From Candidatus Rifleibacteriota bacterium (GTDB lineage: Bacteria > Muiribacteriota > Ozemobacteria > Ozemobacterales > Ozemobacteraceae), in contig JADFZL010000003.1 of the NCBI GenBank assembly GCA_015232575.1, positions 192,001 through 256,000 on the forward strand: a DNA stretch of 64,000 nucleotides, given 5' to 3'. Below are positions 36,001-46,153 of the stretch, piece by piece; position 1 is the first letter of the stretch, and each line of letters starts with the position of its first letter. The notes below the pieces were generated by a model. It made no database searches, was not told the origin of the DNA, and worked only from the letters and a program-made list of their open reading frames with translations. Both the position numbers and the translations under genes were made by a program.

Positions 36001-37934
36001 TGAATCTGACAAATCTCACATCTTCCGAACATTATCTTGAAGTAATCGGTATAGATGCACTTGGCAATATGCAAAGTAAAGAATCAGCAACAACATTCAC
36101 CTGGACCATTGATACAACTGCAAAAGTTGCAGTATTAAGTAATAAGCCTGCAAATCCGACGAATATAGCTTCAACAGCAATAACAGTTGGTGGAACAGGC
36201 GTTGTAAAGTATTCTTACAGCCTCGACAATGGTACATGGAGTCCTGAAACACCAATTTCCACGGTAGTGAATCTATCAAGTCTCGCTTCCGGTGAACATT
36301 CACTGAAAGTAATCGGCATAGATGCCATTGGAAATATACAAAGTAAGGAATCAGCGACAACATTCACCTGGACCATAGATACAGCTGCAAAAGTTGCAGT
36401 ATTAAACAATAAGCCGGCTAATCCGACAAATCAGACATCCGTATCAATAGCAGTCGGCGGAACAGGTGTTGTAAAGTATTCGTACAGTCTCGACAATAGC
36501 ACATGGAGCCCTGAAATTCCCGTCTCCACACCCTTGGATCTTTCTGGTCTGTCGTCCTCAGAACATTCTCTGAAAGTTATCGGTATAGACGCTCTTGGTA
36601 ACATCCAAAGTAAAGAATCATCAACCTCATTTATCTGGACTATCGACACGGCAGCAAAATTAGCGGTATTAAGCAATATGCCCAGTAATATTACAAAGCA
36701 GACATCCGTAGAAATATCTGTAGGTGGAACGGGCGTTGTAAGGTATTCTTACAGCCTTGACAATGGCACTTGGAGCGCAGAAATTCCGGTTTCTACTTTA
36801 TTAAGCTTGACAAACCTTGCACATGGAAATCATAAGCTTCTTGTTTTGGGTATAGACGAGTTAAATAATTGGCAATCACAAAGTAATCCAACCAATTTTG
36901 AATGGAAAATTGATACCGTTCAGCCAGCGGTTGTTTTATCTGATGACCATGATGATTCAATTGTTTGTGATTCAGACATGGTAACAATAACCGGAACGTT
37001 TGCTGATACAGATGAAATAGATGAAGTGAATCCTCCGACAATTTCAATCGGCAATATTATAACTGGCGCAGCCATGGATAAAACAGATAATCTTCACTGG
37101 ACTTACGTTTGGAATGTACCAACTGCTAATAATGGAAATCATGCAGTATCAGTCAATGCAAAAGATAGATCAGGAAATTCTTGTACCGCTGCTACTGGCA
37201 GGATCTTATACACCATAGACAATAACCTTCCAGCGTCTCCCATAATCAATGCTAATGCCATTAATGAGAATTTGTCCGGGCGCGGCAATAAAAAGGACAC
37301 TATAAACACCAAACTGAAATCAGATTTTAGTAACTTCAAAGTAAACATAGCAAATACAAATCCCGGAAACAAAGCTGGAACATTGTTTATTAAATTGACC
37401 GATTCTGCTTTACCATCTCATAGTTATACCACTTCAGGGGAAGCAATTTCAGAAAACGCTCCGGCCGCAGATATCGGAAAATTTTCTCCAAATGCTCTGA
37501 ATAATTTTGCTGATGGCGACCTGAACATTGAAGCCTGGATTATTGATGCGGTTGGAAATGAATCGAACCATACTATAGTGAAAAAAACATCGGCGTTAAG
37601 TACTACACCTCCAGTAGTTACTGCACCAACGAACATTCCACAAAAGCTGAAAAAGGGCGATGTTTCTACATCAACAGTTCGTTCGTCGAAGCCTGGAAAT
37701 ATCTACCTCATCAGGAAAGGTGAAACTGCAATTATTCAGGCTGAGATTGACGTTGCAATTGCATCCTGGAAGGCTTTTTTAGGAAAAGCAGATGCGTCAC
37801 CAAATGTTCCTTATACCATCGTCATTCCACCTGATTTGCTTTCCGGAGTATATGATATTATCGCTGTGGATGATGTTGGAAATGTTTCATCGACTGCGAA
37901 TGGCTGGTTGACCGTTGATGGAGATGTCTTTTGA
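33060..37934 (+). CDS. Giant cell-surface lipoprotein / adhesin-like protein with putative-Ig (He_PIG-like) repeats and tandem ~90-aa repeats
   Basis: 1,624 aa. Lipobox (LIILGC). Repeated PPFSFRIASGTLPDGITL...GIP motifs. Five tandem repeats (VVKYSYSLDNGTWSPE...IGIDALGNIQSKES...WTIDT) seen also as ~270-bp DNA repeats at roughly 35850..36900. Confidence 0.75.
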   Translation: MRGFMIMRKNIFFFLFLLLLPITCLIILGCSGGGSDATGVGGLNTVGPVEEGPIVQRLNFFAKDLAEGNLIAAQSHFSPTFRSNSSGQLQSLAVYDFGRKIGSSTDNTLFLFEIAPGGITQLSTVDATVKANFIMNDSTRIVLVFQMIKHYGDWLIDDIKVTISSGESFPASTFFPIQSGDYWKFQISDSRIGEIRDFTITVSSESRVIDGKRVVYLECSSAVRQSVGVSSRASILNPGGINRLTWGFSNDGGLWNYGALSDSSYSFNDGKPLKILDEQFRAGDIATWTVSEKFGNLVYTKQIVIQVKQPVLINSVFGSVKALTIRFVWHYLNGMSPDGVLAGGEEWYLRENFGLIGFMEFDPDSGESLTKSECVDVKIDGVVQNQVAMVLMKTTLPESISGQSYSNPFTVIGGVPPFSFRIASGTLPDGITLLDSGVLSGIPLSGGKYNISINVTDSSGLSDYEDFELSVIPMKISCVLPLTAFLSESWNQKLTVVGGVQPVTWKISSGALPTGLKIVQPDIISGIITATGTFEFTLKASDANSFAVEKEYTVQVSDDLVITAEIPSSVTVNSLINGKYISSGGNPPYFYSIQEGTLPKGVVLSNAGVLSGIPVESGIFNFVVRVLDSKDRTAQTTSILKVQSPEENSLIISTSSIAQQTNIFASFTASLSASGAAGGLHWEKLSGNIPPGMTLLPNGSLTGVPTSVGSYSFVVKATDSLGKSGTAEIKLNVVNDLNVIASIPTTGQVNSSFSGSFNASGGFPPYLFHISSGNLPSGLALSADGKISGTLTAEGNYTFSVTVTDSKGLLAINNASVQVIPANPAPVPNPDPVPEATFSIVISSVIPTANLCATYSANLQFLNGSAPISSTISSGSLPDGITLSDNCLSGIPITSGTYFFEIIASDTLGKIATATFSIQVSNSTNPNPPIISIAATLSNTPENPTNQTTASITVGGIDVVKYSYSLNDGTWSPETPISTILNLTNLTSSEHYLEVIGIDALGNMQSKESATTFTWTIDTTAKVAVLSNKPANPTNIASTAITVGGTGVVKYSYSLDNGTWSPETPISTVVNLSSLASGEHSLKVIGIDAIGNIQSKESATTFTWTIDTAAKVAVLNNKPANPTNQTSVSIAVGGTGVVKYSYSLDNSTWSPEIPVSTPLDLSGLSSSEHSLKVIGIDALGNIQSKESSTSFIWTIDTAAKLAVLSNMPSNITKQTSVEISVGGTGVVRYSYSLDNGTWSAEIPVSTLLSLTNLAHGNHKLLVLGIDELNNWQSQSNPTNFEWKIDTVQPAVVLSDDHDDSIVCDSDMVTITGTFADTDEIDEVNPPTISIGNIITGAAMDKTDNLHWTYVWNVPTANNGNHAVSVNAKDRSGNSCTAATGRILYTIDNNLPASPIINANAINENLSGRGNKKDTINTKLKSDFSNFKVNIANTNPGNKAGTLFIKLTDSALPSHSYTTSGEAISENAPAADIGKFSPNALNNFADGDLNIEAWIIDAVGNESNHTIVKKTSALSTTPPVVTAPTNIPQKLKKGDVSTSTVRSSKPGNIYLIRKGETAIIQAEIDVAIASWKAFLGKADASPNVPYTIVIPPDLLSGVYDIIAVDDVGNVSSTANGWLTVDGDVF

Positions 37935-38025
37935 ATGATTTCGTATCTGCTCAATGATGCGAAGCTCTGTATAATAGCGCCTTACGGTTAGTACCGCAAA
38001 TCTTAATAAAGTGGTCATTAAACAA

Positions 38026-38089
38026 TGTCATTTCGACCGAAGGAAGAAATCTCGCATTATGAGATTTCTTACGTTCATTCGAGATGACA
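38026..38089. repeat. Intergenic palindromic repeat (MITE-like family), copy D
   Basis: TGTCATTTCGACCGAAGGAAGAAATCTCGCATTATGAGATTTCTTACGTTCATTCGAGATGACA, with terminal and internal inverted repeats. Confidence 0.7.
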
Positions 38090-38266
38090 GCCCGCCCCAA
38101 GGTTAATACGCAAATTTGTCCAATTATTTACTATTTTGTTTATTTAGTGCGTTTCAAATTCCAATTTTTTTGGCTGTTAGTGTAGTACAGAAATCGATGG
38201 ATAATTGGCGCAACGAATTGCCCACTTATACACAGATTTATTAAGTAAAATTTATTAAGTAAAAAA

Positions 38267-38334
38267 AAGAACGCATCTATGCGCTTTTTTATAAAACAAA
38301 CCTGCGGAAGTATATCTTCCGCAGGTTTGTTTTA
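38267..38334. terminator. Tandem hairpins forming a bidirectional terminator (GAACGCATCTATGCGCTTTTTT; AAAACAAACCTGCGGAAG-tatat-CTTCCGCAGGTTTGTTTT)
   Basis: Perfect 18-bp stem flanked by A-run and T-run, lying between convergent genes. Confidence 0.7.
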
Positions 38335-38351
38335 TAAGAATAAAATATTGG

Positions 38352-39260
38352 TTATTCGTTCAAGCTAACTACCACTGGCGCATCGCCAGTTGGTTCGTTT
38401 ATAAGTTCGTAAGTCTGACCACAGACTTCCCATGGTCCTGTGTTTCCCCAGCCGTTATCTTTGGCTCTCGAGAGTTCAAACCATGTTTTGATAATTTCAT
38501 ATCGGCGGGAAGTTTTGGTAAATATCTTTTTTCCAACAACAAATGACACTTTGAATACAATTGTTGGAACACCATTTACGTTAGATGTAATCTGGCCTTT
38601 TTCCTGAAGGTTGCTGATTTTTCCCTGTGCAAACATTTGTCTGAGAAGGTTGAGAATGTCGAGAGTAACATTCAGTTCTACTGTGAAACTGGATACATAA
38701 GTTTCTTCTGTGTCCTGACTGAAAAAACCCTTGGATTCTCTTGAAACTTCTCTGCCCTTGCGATATTTGTATCCTGGTTCAGTGTATCCATAACCAGGAA
38801 AATATTCACGGAATTCCTCTTCTGAAAGTGGCAATCTTGCATTCGAATTTCCAGCCATTCCAGACATGAAAATATCTGATTTAAAAGTTCCAAGGGCTTT
38901 GTACAAAGCCTGTCTGGAAATAGCGTCCATTGATTTGTAAATAGCGCTTACCAGCTGAATAGCTTCTCTACCAGGTTCATCGACAAGTGAAACGAGTGTT
39001 TTTCCGAGATCGACACTCTGTTTGTCAAATACCTGCATTGCAACAATATATTTTTCCATATTTTCTGTAGTTGGGTTTCCGGCATAATTTTCGTAGGTCT
39101 CACAGACGACCCATCGTTGATGGAAAATCTGAAAAACTCTTTTTTGAAGCCCAAAATGCTTACTGTTTGGAGCCAGTCCATCAAAAGAAAGTTCTGATGC
39201 AACGGCTGCCTGAAGACAAAAGAATAAACCTATAATAAAAGCTACCCGATAAAGTTTCAT
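38352..39260 (-). CDS. Hypothetical secreted protein (302 aa)
   Basis: Signal peptide (MKLYRVAFIIGLFFCLQAAVA). No known motifs. Confidence 0.4.
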   Translation of the reverse strand: MKLYRVAFIIGLFFCLQAAVASELSFDGLAPNSKHFGLQKRVFQIFHQRWVVCETYENYAGNPTTENMEKYIVAMQVFDKQSVDLGKTLVSLVDEPGREAIQLVSAIYKSMDAISRQALYKALGTFKSDIFMSGMAGNSNARLPLSEEEFREYFPGYGYTEPGYKYRKGREVSRESKGFFSQDTEETYVSSFTVELNVTLDILNLLRQMFAQGKISNLQEKGQITSNVNGVPTIVFKVSFVVGKKIFTKTSRRYEIIKTWFELSRAKDNGWGNTGPWEVCGQTYELINEPTGDAPVVVSLNE

Positions 39261-39576
39261 ACTCTAGTACTCCTTACATAATCAAATATGGGTATTATCA
39301 TCATGATAATTGTACTTAATGGCTTTTTCAATGGCTGCATTAGATACAAGTTGTGATTGCTTCGAATCGGCCTGGATTAACGAGTAGGCAGAGATAATTC
39401 CTCAGTTGTTTCATAAATTATGCAAACCAGAATATTGCCGTTTTAAAAAACTGTAAAAATCTATAAAAAAGCTCTCTTTTCAACTGAAGATAATAATTAT
39501 AATGACAAAAATATGCTAATAATTTATAATCCGCCTCGAAGACAATTCAAAAATTAAAGTTCAAGAGAAATCCAGA

Positions 39577-40362
39577 ATGAACGTAAATCAATCAGATGAT
39601 AATTACAGCTCTGAATCAGGCGATGGCTTTCAAATCCTTTATCAGGACGAATGGTATGTTGCAATTCATAAACCTTCTAAATGGCTTGTTCATCCTACAA
39701 AAATTTCACCAGAAGGAAGAAGAATCATATTGCCGGTTCTCCGCAATCAGCTTGGTCAGCGCATTTTCCCTGTCCATCGCCTTGACTGCGGAACATCAGG
39801 GGTTATTGTTTTTGCATTAAGCTCTGAGGCAGCCGGAGAACTATCTGCTAAGTTTGAAAAACGTGAAGTAGACAAAACCTATCTGGCAGTGGTCAGAGGA
39901 TGGTTGTCTCCAACAGAAGGATCAATTGACAGGGATCTTGCCCCTGAACCAGGTAAATCAGTTCAAAAAGCTGTCACGAATTATAGTACAATAGCTCAAA
40001 TTGAATTGCCTGTTGCAGTCCACCCTCATTCTACAAGTCGTTATTCTTTGCTGGAAGCCAAACCATACACAGGTCGACGTCAACAGATTCGACGCCATTT
40101 TTCCGGAATATCACATCCGATTATTGGTGACACATCACATGGAGATCAACGCCACAACCGTGTTTTTAAAGAAATGTACCAATCAGAAAGTCTTTTATTA
40201 ATGGCAATTGAAATAAGTTTTATTCACCCATTTCTGAACAGGCTTTTGATTATTTCAAGTCCCCCAGATTTGGCAACAAACACAATTCTGAAGAAAGCTT
40301 TCAGATGTGATAATTATCTTGATAAGCGCTTTTCTGATGCAAAATTCGTTTTTTCTAACTAA
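39577..40362 (+). CDS. RluA-family pseudouridine synthase (TruC-like)
   Basis: HRLDCGTSGVIVFA catalytic motif and KPSKWLVHP. Confidence 0.75.
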   Translation: MNVNQSDDNYSSESGDGFQILYQDEWYVAIHKPSKWLVHPTKISPEGRRIILPVLRNQLGQRIFPVHRLDCGTSGVIVFALSSEAAGELSAKFEKREVDKTYLAVVRGWLSPTEGSIDRDLAPEPGKSVQKAVTNYSTIAQIELPVAVHPHSTSRYSLLEAKPYTGRRQQIRRHFSGISHPIIGDTSHGDQRHNRVFKEMYQSESLLLMAIEISFIHPFLNRLLIISSPPDLATNTILKKAFRCDNYLDKRFSDAKFVFSN

Positions 40363-40547
40363 TTCAGCGCATTAATGAGAATGAGCCGATATAAACGGCT
40401 GATTATTTAATAGAGACAATAATTCGTTGAAAATCCAGACAGATCTATTCCTGTTATAAAGTCATTTCCATAGTTTCCGTCTTGAAAAAAAAACTTTATG
40501 ATGTTACTCTGAGTTGTTGTAAAGTCCAATTTTCCCGGGTGATATAG

Positions 40548-43271
40548 TTGAACGATGAGATTCTGAAAAAAATATCAACTGTTCTGGAACAGCCTGACGA
40601 GTATTTTTCTCATACTGGCGCCCTGTTTTTTCTTGGTTATATTAATGAACAACCTGATTTTTTTACTGTTGTTTCGTCACGTCGCAGGCGCAGTAAAGTT
40701 ATTGATAACACTCAGATACACTTTGTATTTTTCCCAAAGACAAAAATTCATCATATAAACAGAATTGAATACAGTGGCGTTCAAATCAGCGTTTCGAATC
40801 TTGAGAAATCGCTTTGTGACATTTTTGATTATATGGAATTCTCACCGGTTATTGAAAAAATTGTTGAACTTGTTGCTAAACTTCCTCTTAATGTCAACGA
40901 ACTTTTGAATATGGCGAAGTTTTCTGATTCTGCCCTGAAAAGAATTTCATTTGTACTCGGACTTACCGGAAAAATTTGTTCAGCAGATCTTCCCTTTGAT
41001 GAAATGACACGCGCACCAGTGTTTTTATGTACAAGAGAAAAAGAATCTGAACAAATCTGGGACAAAAGATTTTTTCTTAAATACCCTTTGAAAATTCTTT
41101 CGACAGGTCTATCACCAGCCGAAACTGAATTAGACAGTGGTCTTTTTGAATGGCTCGAATTGTGGTCTTTTGAATTCTTCAGGCAGTATTTTTTCGATAA
41201 AAAGTATTGTCCAATTCGTGGAGAACCTTCTTCTGAAAATCTTATTACCGAATTTACCGGAGAATTCATTTCACATCTAACACCCGAAGAGCTTGAAACA
41301 TTGCTGGAATCGCAGATCGATTTGTTCTATGAGAAGCAGCTTATTCAAAGGAAACGAGTTTATCCGATATTTTTTAATCGATTTTTACAGTCGAATTTTC
41401 ATTTACTTAATCATCGAAAAGATGAAATCATTCATTTTGTCCGAAAAAATTTGTTTTCTAATGATTTAAAGCGCTGTGAAAACTCACTTTACATTGCCTC
41501 AGTTTTTAAAATGGAAAAAGAACTTCTGGAATGTCTCAATCACCGTGGTTATGAACTTCTGAACTGTGGCAGGGACCGCATTGTCAAGAAAGTAATTGAG
41601 GATTTGAGAAAAAGACAATTTGATCTTCCATTTCTTTTATATACGATAGCTGCAAGAATTTATGCCAATCAGGGACGCTATGATGATGCAATAACAATCC
41701 TTGAAGAAGGAAAAATTAAATTTGAAAAGCTTGAAGATTCCTGGCTTGCTTTGGGTGAAATAGCTTATGCTTCTGCTAATCTTTACAGGATGATGCTCAA
41801 ATTTGAGACTGCTTTTTCGCAACTATTTATTGCAAAAGAGTGTTTTACACAGAAAAACGATATTCGCGGTCTTGGAATGGTCGAATCTTCTATCGGTAGT
41901 TTGTACTTCGTAAGAGGAAATCCTTTAGAAGCCCGTGAACACTATCTGAAATCTCTTACTATGATGAAAAAGATCGGAAACCGAGCTGCTCAGGCTGCAA
42001 TTATCGGAAATCTGGGTATTATTGAATATGATTCAGGAAGATATGACAGAGCTAATAACCTTCTATTGAGAGCAATTTCGCTGCAGAAATCTTCGAAAAA
42101 TAATTTGAGCCTGAGCAATCTTATGCTTACCAGGGGAAAAACCCTGCTGCAGATGGGTTATCTTAACCGGGCTTTCAGACTTCTCAAGGAAACATACAGA
42201 TTAAAGCAGGAAATCAGCCATTTACCAGGATTACATGAAACTTATGCTTTTCTTGGATGGGTCTGTGAGTTGCTCGGAAATAAGGCCGCATCAGTATCCT
42301 GGTGGAATCTTGTACCGGACGATACAAAGGTGGCAAATGATCCAAGAGTGTTCTATATGGTTAAAACTCTGCGCGGTTTTATGAAAATCTTTTCCGGAAA
42401 TCTTACTGAAGCGCAAAATCATTTTGAAAACCTCAGAAAAATATCTCTCGAAATGGATTTACCACCACTTGGAACCGAAGCAGCAATTTTTGGAATTCTA
42501 CTTAACCGGGTAAGATTGAGAAATTCGTTTTCAGATATTTCATACGATTTTCCTTATAAACAGCTATCCAAAAAGACCGAATATCAGACAGCATGTTCAC
42601 AACGCGCATTAAATGCAATTCTAACTGAATTGTCAAAACCCTCGTCCGAAATTGACAACCTCATTGTTACTAATTCAATTCAACAGTTTCTTGAAAATAG
42701 TGCCTATGATGTATTCTGGGGATTCTATGCTGAAAAACTCATTTTTTTGAATCTCGAACCTGCAAAGAAATTCCTTCGCATTCATTTCATAAAAAGTTCA
42801 AAATATATTCTTGACCACTATAAAAAAGTAATTCCGGGATTCGCGAAAATACTAACTGGCATTTCGAAATATACCACAGATGAAGTTGCAGTACAAGGTC
42901 AATCCAATGCAGATTTGCAGATTAGTAAAGAAGAAAAAGATAATACGATATTATTTAATTGCGAAACCGGAAAATTGTCATATAGAAATTATTCTCAGAT
43001 AATTAAACCCGGATCAATTCCCAACAGGATTTTTTCAAATCTGATACTCGCTTTTCCAAATTCAATAGAAATTGGGGATCTGTTTCAATCTGTCTGGGGA
43101 TTCGAATTTGATTCTGAGTCTGACCCACCGGCTGTAAAAAGTTCTCTATCACGACTAAGAAAAATTGTTGCCTCGGTTAATAACGGAATAAAGATAAAGG
43201 TAAAGGGAATTTCTTCTTCGAAAGGCAAAATAGCTGTTAAATTTCCATGCCGATGGTACGCAAATATGTAA
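40548..43271 (+). CDS. Large TPR-repeat protein with a C-terminal OmpR/PhoB-type winged-helix DNA-binding domain
   Basis: 907 aa. The central TPR-like helical repeats and the C-terminal wHTH are each inferred from the protein sequence; the C-terminus DLFQSVWGFEFDSESDPPAVKSSLSRLRKIV fits a trans_reg_C-type domain. Confidence 0.5.
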   Translation: MNDEILKKISTVLEQPDEYFSHTGALFFLGYINEQPDFFTVVSSRRRRSKVIDNTQIHFVFFPKTKIHHINRIEYSGVQISVSNLEKSLCDIFDYMEFSPVIEKIVELVAKLPLNVNELLNMAKFSDSALKRISFVLGLTGKICSADLPFDEMTRAPVFLCTREKESEQIWDKRFFLKYPLKILSTGLSPAETELDSGLFEWLELWSFEFFRQYFFDKKYCPIRGEPSSENLITEFTGEFISHLTPEELETLLESQIDLFYEKQLIQRKRVYPIFFNRFLQSNFHLLNHRKDEIIHFVRKNLFSNDLKRCENSLYIASVFKMEKELLECLNHRGYELLNCGRDRIVKKVIEDLRKRQFDLPFLLYTIAARIYANQGRYDDAITILEEGKIKFEKLEDSWLALGEIAYASANLYRMMLKFETAFSQLFIAKECFTQKNDIRGLGMVESSIGSLYFVRGNPLEAREHYLKSLTMMKKIGNRAAQAAIIGNLGIIEYDSGRYDRANNLLLRAISLQKSSKNNLSLSNLMLTRGKTLLQMGYLNRAFRLLKETYRLKQEISHLPGLHETYAFLGWVCELLGNKAASVSWWNLVPDDTKVANDPRVFYMVKTLRGFMKIFSGNLTEAQNHFENLRKISLEMDLPPLGTEAAIFGILLNRVRLRNSFSDISYDFPYKQLSKKTEYQTACSQRALNAILTELSKPSSEIDNLIVTNSIQQFLENSAYDVFWGFYAEKLIFLNLEPAKKFLRIHFIKSSKYILDHYKKVIPGFAKILTGISKYTTDEVAVQGQSNADLQISKEEKDNTILFNCETGKLSYRNYSQIIKPGSIPNRIFSNLILAFPNSIEIGDLFQSVWGFEFDSESDPPAVKSSLSRLRKIVASVNNGIKIKVKGISSSKGKIAVKFPCRWYANM

Positions 43272-43384
43272 TCCACCTTTTAATCTTTTATTTGCGGGTA
43301 AATATAATTGAATTGTGGTAATTATATTTGTTTTTTTTTCCATGTCATGGTAATTTAAAAAAAATATTGCTGGAGGAGAAAAGA

Positions 43385-44032
43385 ATGAATTTAATCGAAA
43401 AGTTGCCAGAGTTACCGCTTTTTCAGGATTTTTCAAGAGACGAAATCAAAACTCTCGCCGGATTAATGCAAGTTATTGAGGCAAAAGAAAAAGAAGTAAT
43501 TTTTGATGAAAAATCTCCCACTTCGGCTGTATATTTTATTTTATCCGGGCGTGTAAGTATATATAAAATGCTTCACGGCGCGGCAAATTTTTTGACAATT
43601 CTTGAAAAGGGTGATCTTTTTGGAGAGGTAGCTTTTGTTGATCAAAAAGCCAGATCTGCGAGTGCATCGGCACTTGATGATGTAAAACTTGCAAAGTTTG
43701 CTTATGAGCATTTTGAAGTTATTCAGAAACAGGCACCGGTCGTCGGAATGAAACTGGTCGTTCTTCTCATGCGTGAACTGGCAAGAAAATTCCGTGCTGT
43801 AAATGCAGGACTTGATCTGAAATCACTTGAACATACAATTAATGAACTTATTGTCATGAAACAGCAGGTTAAAGTAACAACTTCTGATACAGAATATATC
43901 TGTTCTATTTTGTATTTTGACCGTGTTTCAAATAATCCATTTCTGAAAATCGATTATAAGAGTCAAACAATTCTCCTGCCGTTTTCACAGATAAAATCGA
44001 TCATTCTTCCTAATCAATATGGAAAATTCTAA
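43385..44032 (+). CDS. Cyclic-nucleotide-binding (CAP-effector-like) domain protein
   Basis: cNMP-binding-like beta-roll motifs (GDLFGEVAFVD...RSASA). Start ATG 43385 after GGAGGAG. Confidence 0.6.
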   Translation: MNLIEKLPELPLFQDFSRDEIKTLAGLMQVIEAKEKEVIFDEKSPTSAVYFILSGRVSIYKMLHGAANFLTILEKGDLFGEVAFVDQKARSASASALDDVKLAKFAYEHFEVIQKQAPVVGMKLVVLLMRELARKFRAVNAGLDLKSLEHTINELIVMKQQVKVTTSDTEYICSILYFDRVSNNPFLKIDYKSQTILLPFSQIKSIILPNQYGKF

Positions 44033-44043
44033 GCCATCATAAA

Positions 44044-45114
44044 ATGTCAGAAAATCGCCTTTACGAACTTTTAAAGTTGACTTATGAACATAAGGCATCT
44101 GATCTCCATCTCAAAGTTGGACAGAGTCCAGCGGTCAGAATAGATGGTTCCGTTGCTTATGTTGATGGAATTAAGTTTTCCCGTCGTGATTTTGATGGAA
44201 TTCTTGAGTCACTTCTTTTGCCTGATCAGATAGCTGAATTCAATGATACCTGCGAACTCGATTTTGCTTATGCTCTTGAGGGCGTATGCAGATTCAGAGT
44301 TAATCTTTATAAAGATATCAACGGAATTGGAGCGGCTTTCAGAATTATTCCGCAGAAAATTCTTACTTTCGACGAAGTCGGATTGCCTGCAGCAGGGCAG
44401 AAACTCATTGAACAGCCGAACGGACTTATTCTTGTAACAGGTCCGACAGGTGCAGGAAAAACATCAACGCTTGCGGCGTTTATAAACTATGTTAATTCGC
44501 ATGCAAAAAGACATATTGTTACTCTTGAAGACCCGGTTGAGTACCAGTTTGATGATGAAATGTGCATTATTAATCAACGCCAGATTGGTATTGACTGTCC
44601 AAGTTTTTATGATGGGCTTCTGACAGTCCTTCGCCAGGACCCTGACATTATTGTAGTCGGAGAAATGCGCGAGCCTCGCACAATAGCTCTAACGCTCAAT
44701 GCAGCAGAAACAGGAAAACTTGTACTTTCCACTCTTCATACTACATCGGCTGTTCAGACAGCAGAGAGAATAATAAATGTCTTCCCTGAAAATCAACAGA
44801 ATCAGGTGCTGCATCAGCTTTCCATGGTTCTGCGCGGTGTCATTTCGCAGACACTGCTTCCTAAAAGAGGCGGCGGACGAGTTGCAGCGTTCGAAGTACT
44901 TTTGAATACTTCGGCTGTACGTGCAATAATAGCTGAGGGAAAGATACATCTGCTGCCGTCGGTTCTTGAGACCAGCAGCGAAGTTGGAATGGTTACGCTT
45001 GAGACATCCATGCTCAATCTGATTAAAAGCGGCCTGGTCAATCCGGAAGATGCCATGGCACTGGCACCGAACCCTGTTCTGATGAGGAAAATGCTCGATG
45101 GAATCACGGAATAA
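44044..45114 (+). CDS. pilT: PilT-family type IV pilus retraction ATPase
   Basis: Walker A (GPTGAGKTST) and PilT N-terminal motif (ASDLHLKVGQSPAVRIDG). Confidence 0.85.
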   Translation: MSENRLYELLKLTYEHKASDLHLKVGQSPAVRIDGSVAYVDGIKFSRRDFDGILESLLLPDQIAEFNDTCELDFAYALEGVCRFRVNLYKDINGIGAAFRIIPQKILTFDEVGLPAAGQKLIEQPNGLILVTGPTGAGKTSTLAAFINYVNSHAKRHIVTLEDPVEYQFDDEMCIINQRQIGIDCPSFYDGLLTVLRQDPDIIVVGEMREPRTIALTLNAAETGKLVLSTLHTTSAVQTAERIINVFPENQQNQVLHQLSMVLRGVISQTLLPKRGGGRVAAFEVLLNTSAVRAIIAEGKIHLLPSVLETSSEVGMVTLETSMLNLIKSGLVNPEDAMALAPNPVLMRKMLDGITE

Positions 45115-46153
45115 ATATTTAAGAATTTATAACCTTTTCGAAGTTGCGGTAACGAAAAAAGCATCAGATTTGCATTTGAAAGCCGGCAGTCCGCCAGTTC
45201 TCAGAATTGGAGGGCGCCTCGAAATGCTGAACGAAGAACCTTTAACCGCACAGGAAATGCCAAATCTCTTTCTGCCGGTTCTGGAAGTTGGCTGTCAGGG
45301 AAGCCTGCGATTTAAGCACGAAGCTAATTTCATCATACCGTATGAAAAAAAATGGAGAATAAGAGCGTGTATTTACCGTCAGCGTGGCGCATTGTCAGGG
45401 GCTTTTAGATTTATTCCCAATAAAATTCCTTCAGTTGATTCGCTTTCACTTCCCCCTAAGCTCAAAGAAATGGCTCTCAGACCCCGCGGAATCTTCCTTG
45501 TGACCGGACCTGCAAACTCGGGAAAATCACATACGCTTGCCGCAATGGTAAATGAAATCAATCGAAATTCATGTCGCCATGTTATTACAATTGAAGATCC
45601 GATAGAGTTTGTACATTTGCCAAAACGTTCTATTTTTACTCAACGTGAAATAGGAAGTACTACAAAAAGTTATCATGCTTCGCTCATGCACGCTCTACGT
45701 CAGGACCCTGACGTAATTCTCGTTGGGGAAATGAGAGATCTTGAAACCATCGAAATGGCTCTTACTGCGGCAGAAACAGGGCATCTTGTACTTTCCACAC
45801 TTCACACAGTCGGCGCCGTAGAAACTGTTGACCGAATTGTGAATGTATTTCCCGGGCACAGACAGGATGAAATTCGAGCTATGCTTTCTCTTTCGCTTAA
45901 CGGGCTTATTTCGCAGATACTTCTTCCGGGAAAAAAGAAAAATGAGCGCGTTATGGCTTATGAATTCATGGTACCCAATTCTGCAATGAGAAATCTTATT
46001 CGTGAAAAGAAAACTAATCAGCTAAAATCGGCACTGATGCTTGCCCGAAAAGACGGCTGTATTACATTGAAAGACAACCTGAGTGAACTTGTAACTGACG
46101 GTCGGGTTGATCCAAAACTTGTTAACAATATTCTCAAGGAGATCGTAGAATGA
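45098..46153 (+). CDS. Second PilT/PilU-family ATPase paralogue
   Basis: GPANSGKSHT Walker A and ASDLHLKAGSPPVLRIGG. Overlaps the pilT stop. Confidence 0.8.
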   Translation: MESRNKYLRIYNLFEVAVTKKASDLHLKAGSPPVLRIGGRLEMLNEEPLTAQEMPNLFLPVLEVGCQGSLRFKHEANFIIPYEKKWRIRACIYRQRGALSGAFRFIPNKIPSVDSLSLPPKLKEMALRPRGIFLVTGPANSGKSHTLAAMVNEINRNSCRHVITIEDPIEFVHLPKRSIFTQREIGSTTKSYHASLMHALRQDPDVILVGEMRDLETIEMALTAAETGHLVLSTLHTVGAVETVDRIVNVFPGHRQDEIRAMLSLSLNGLISQILLPGKKKNERVMAYEFMVPNSAMRNLIREKKTNQLKSALMLARKDGCITLKDNLSELVTDGRVDPKLVNNILKEIVE

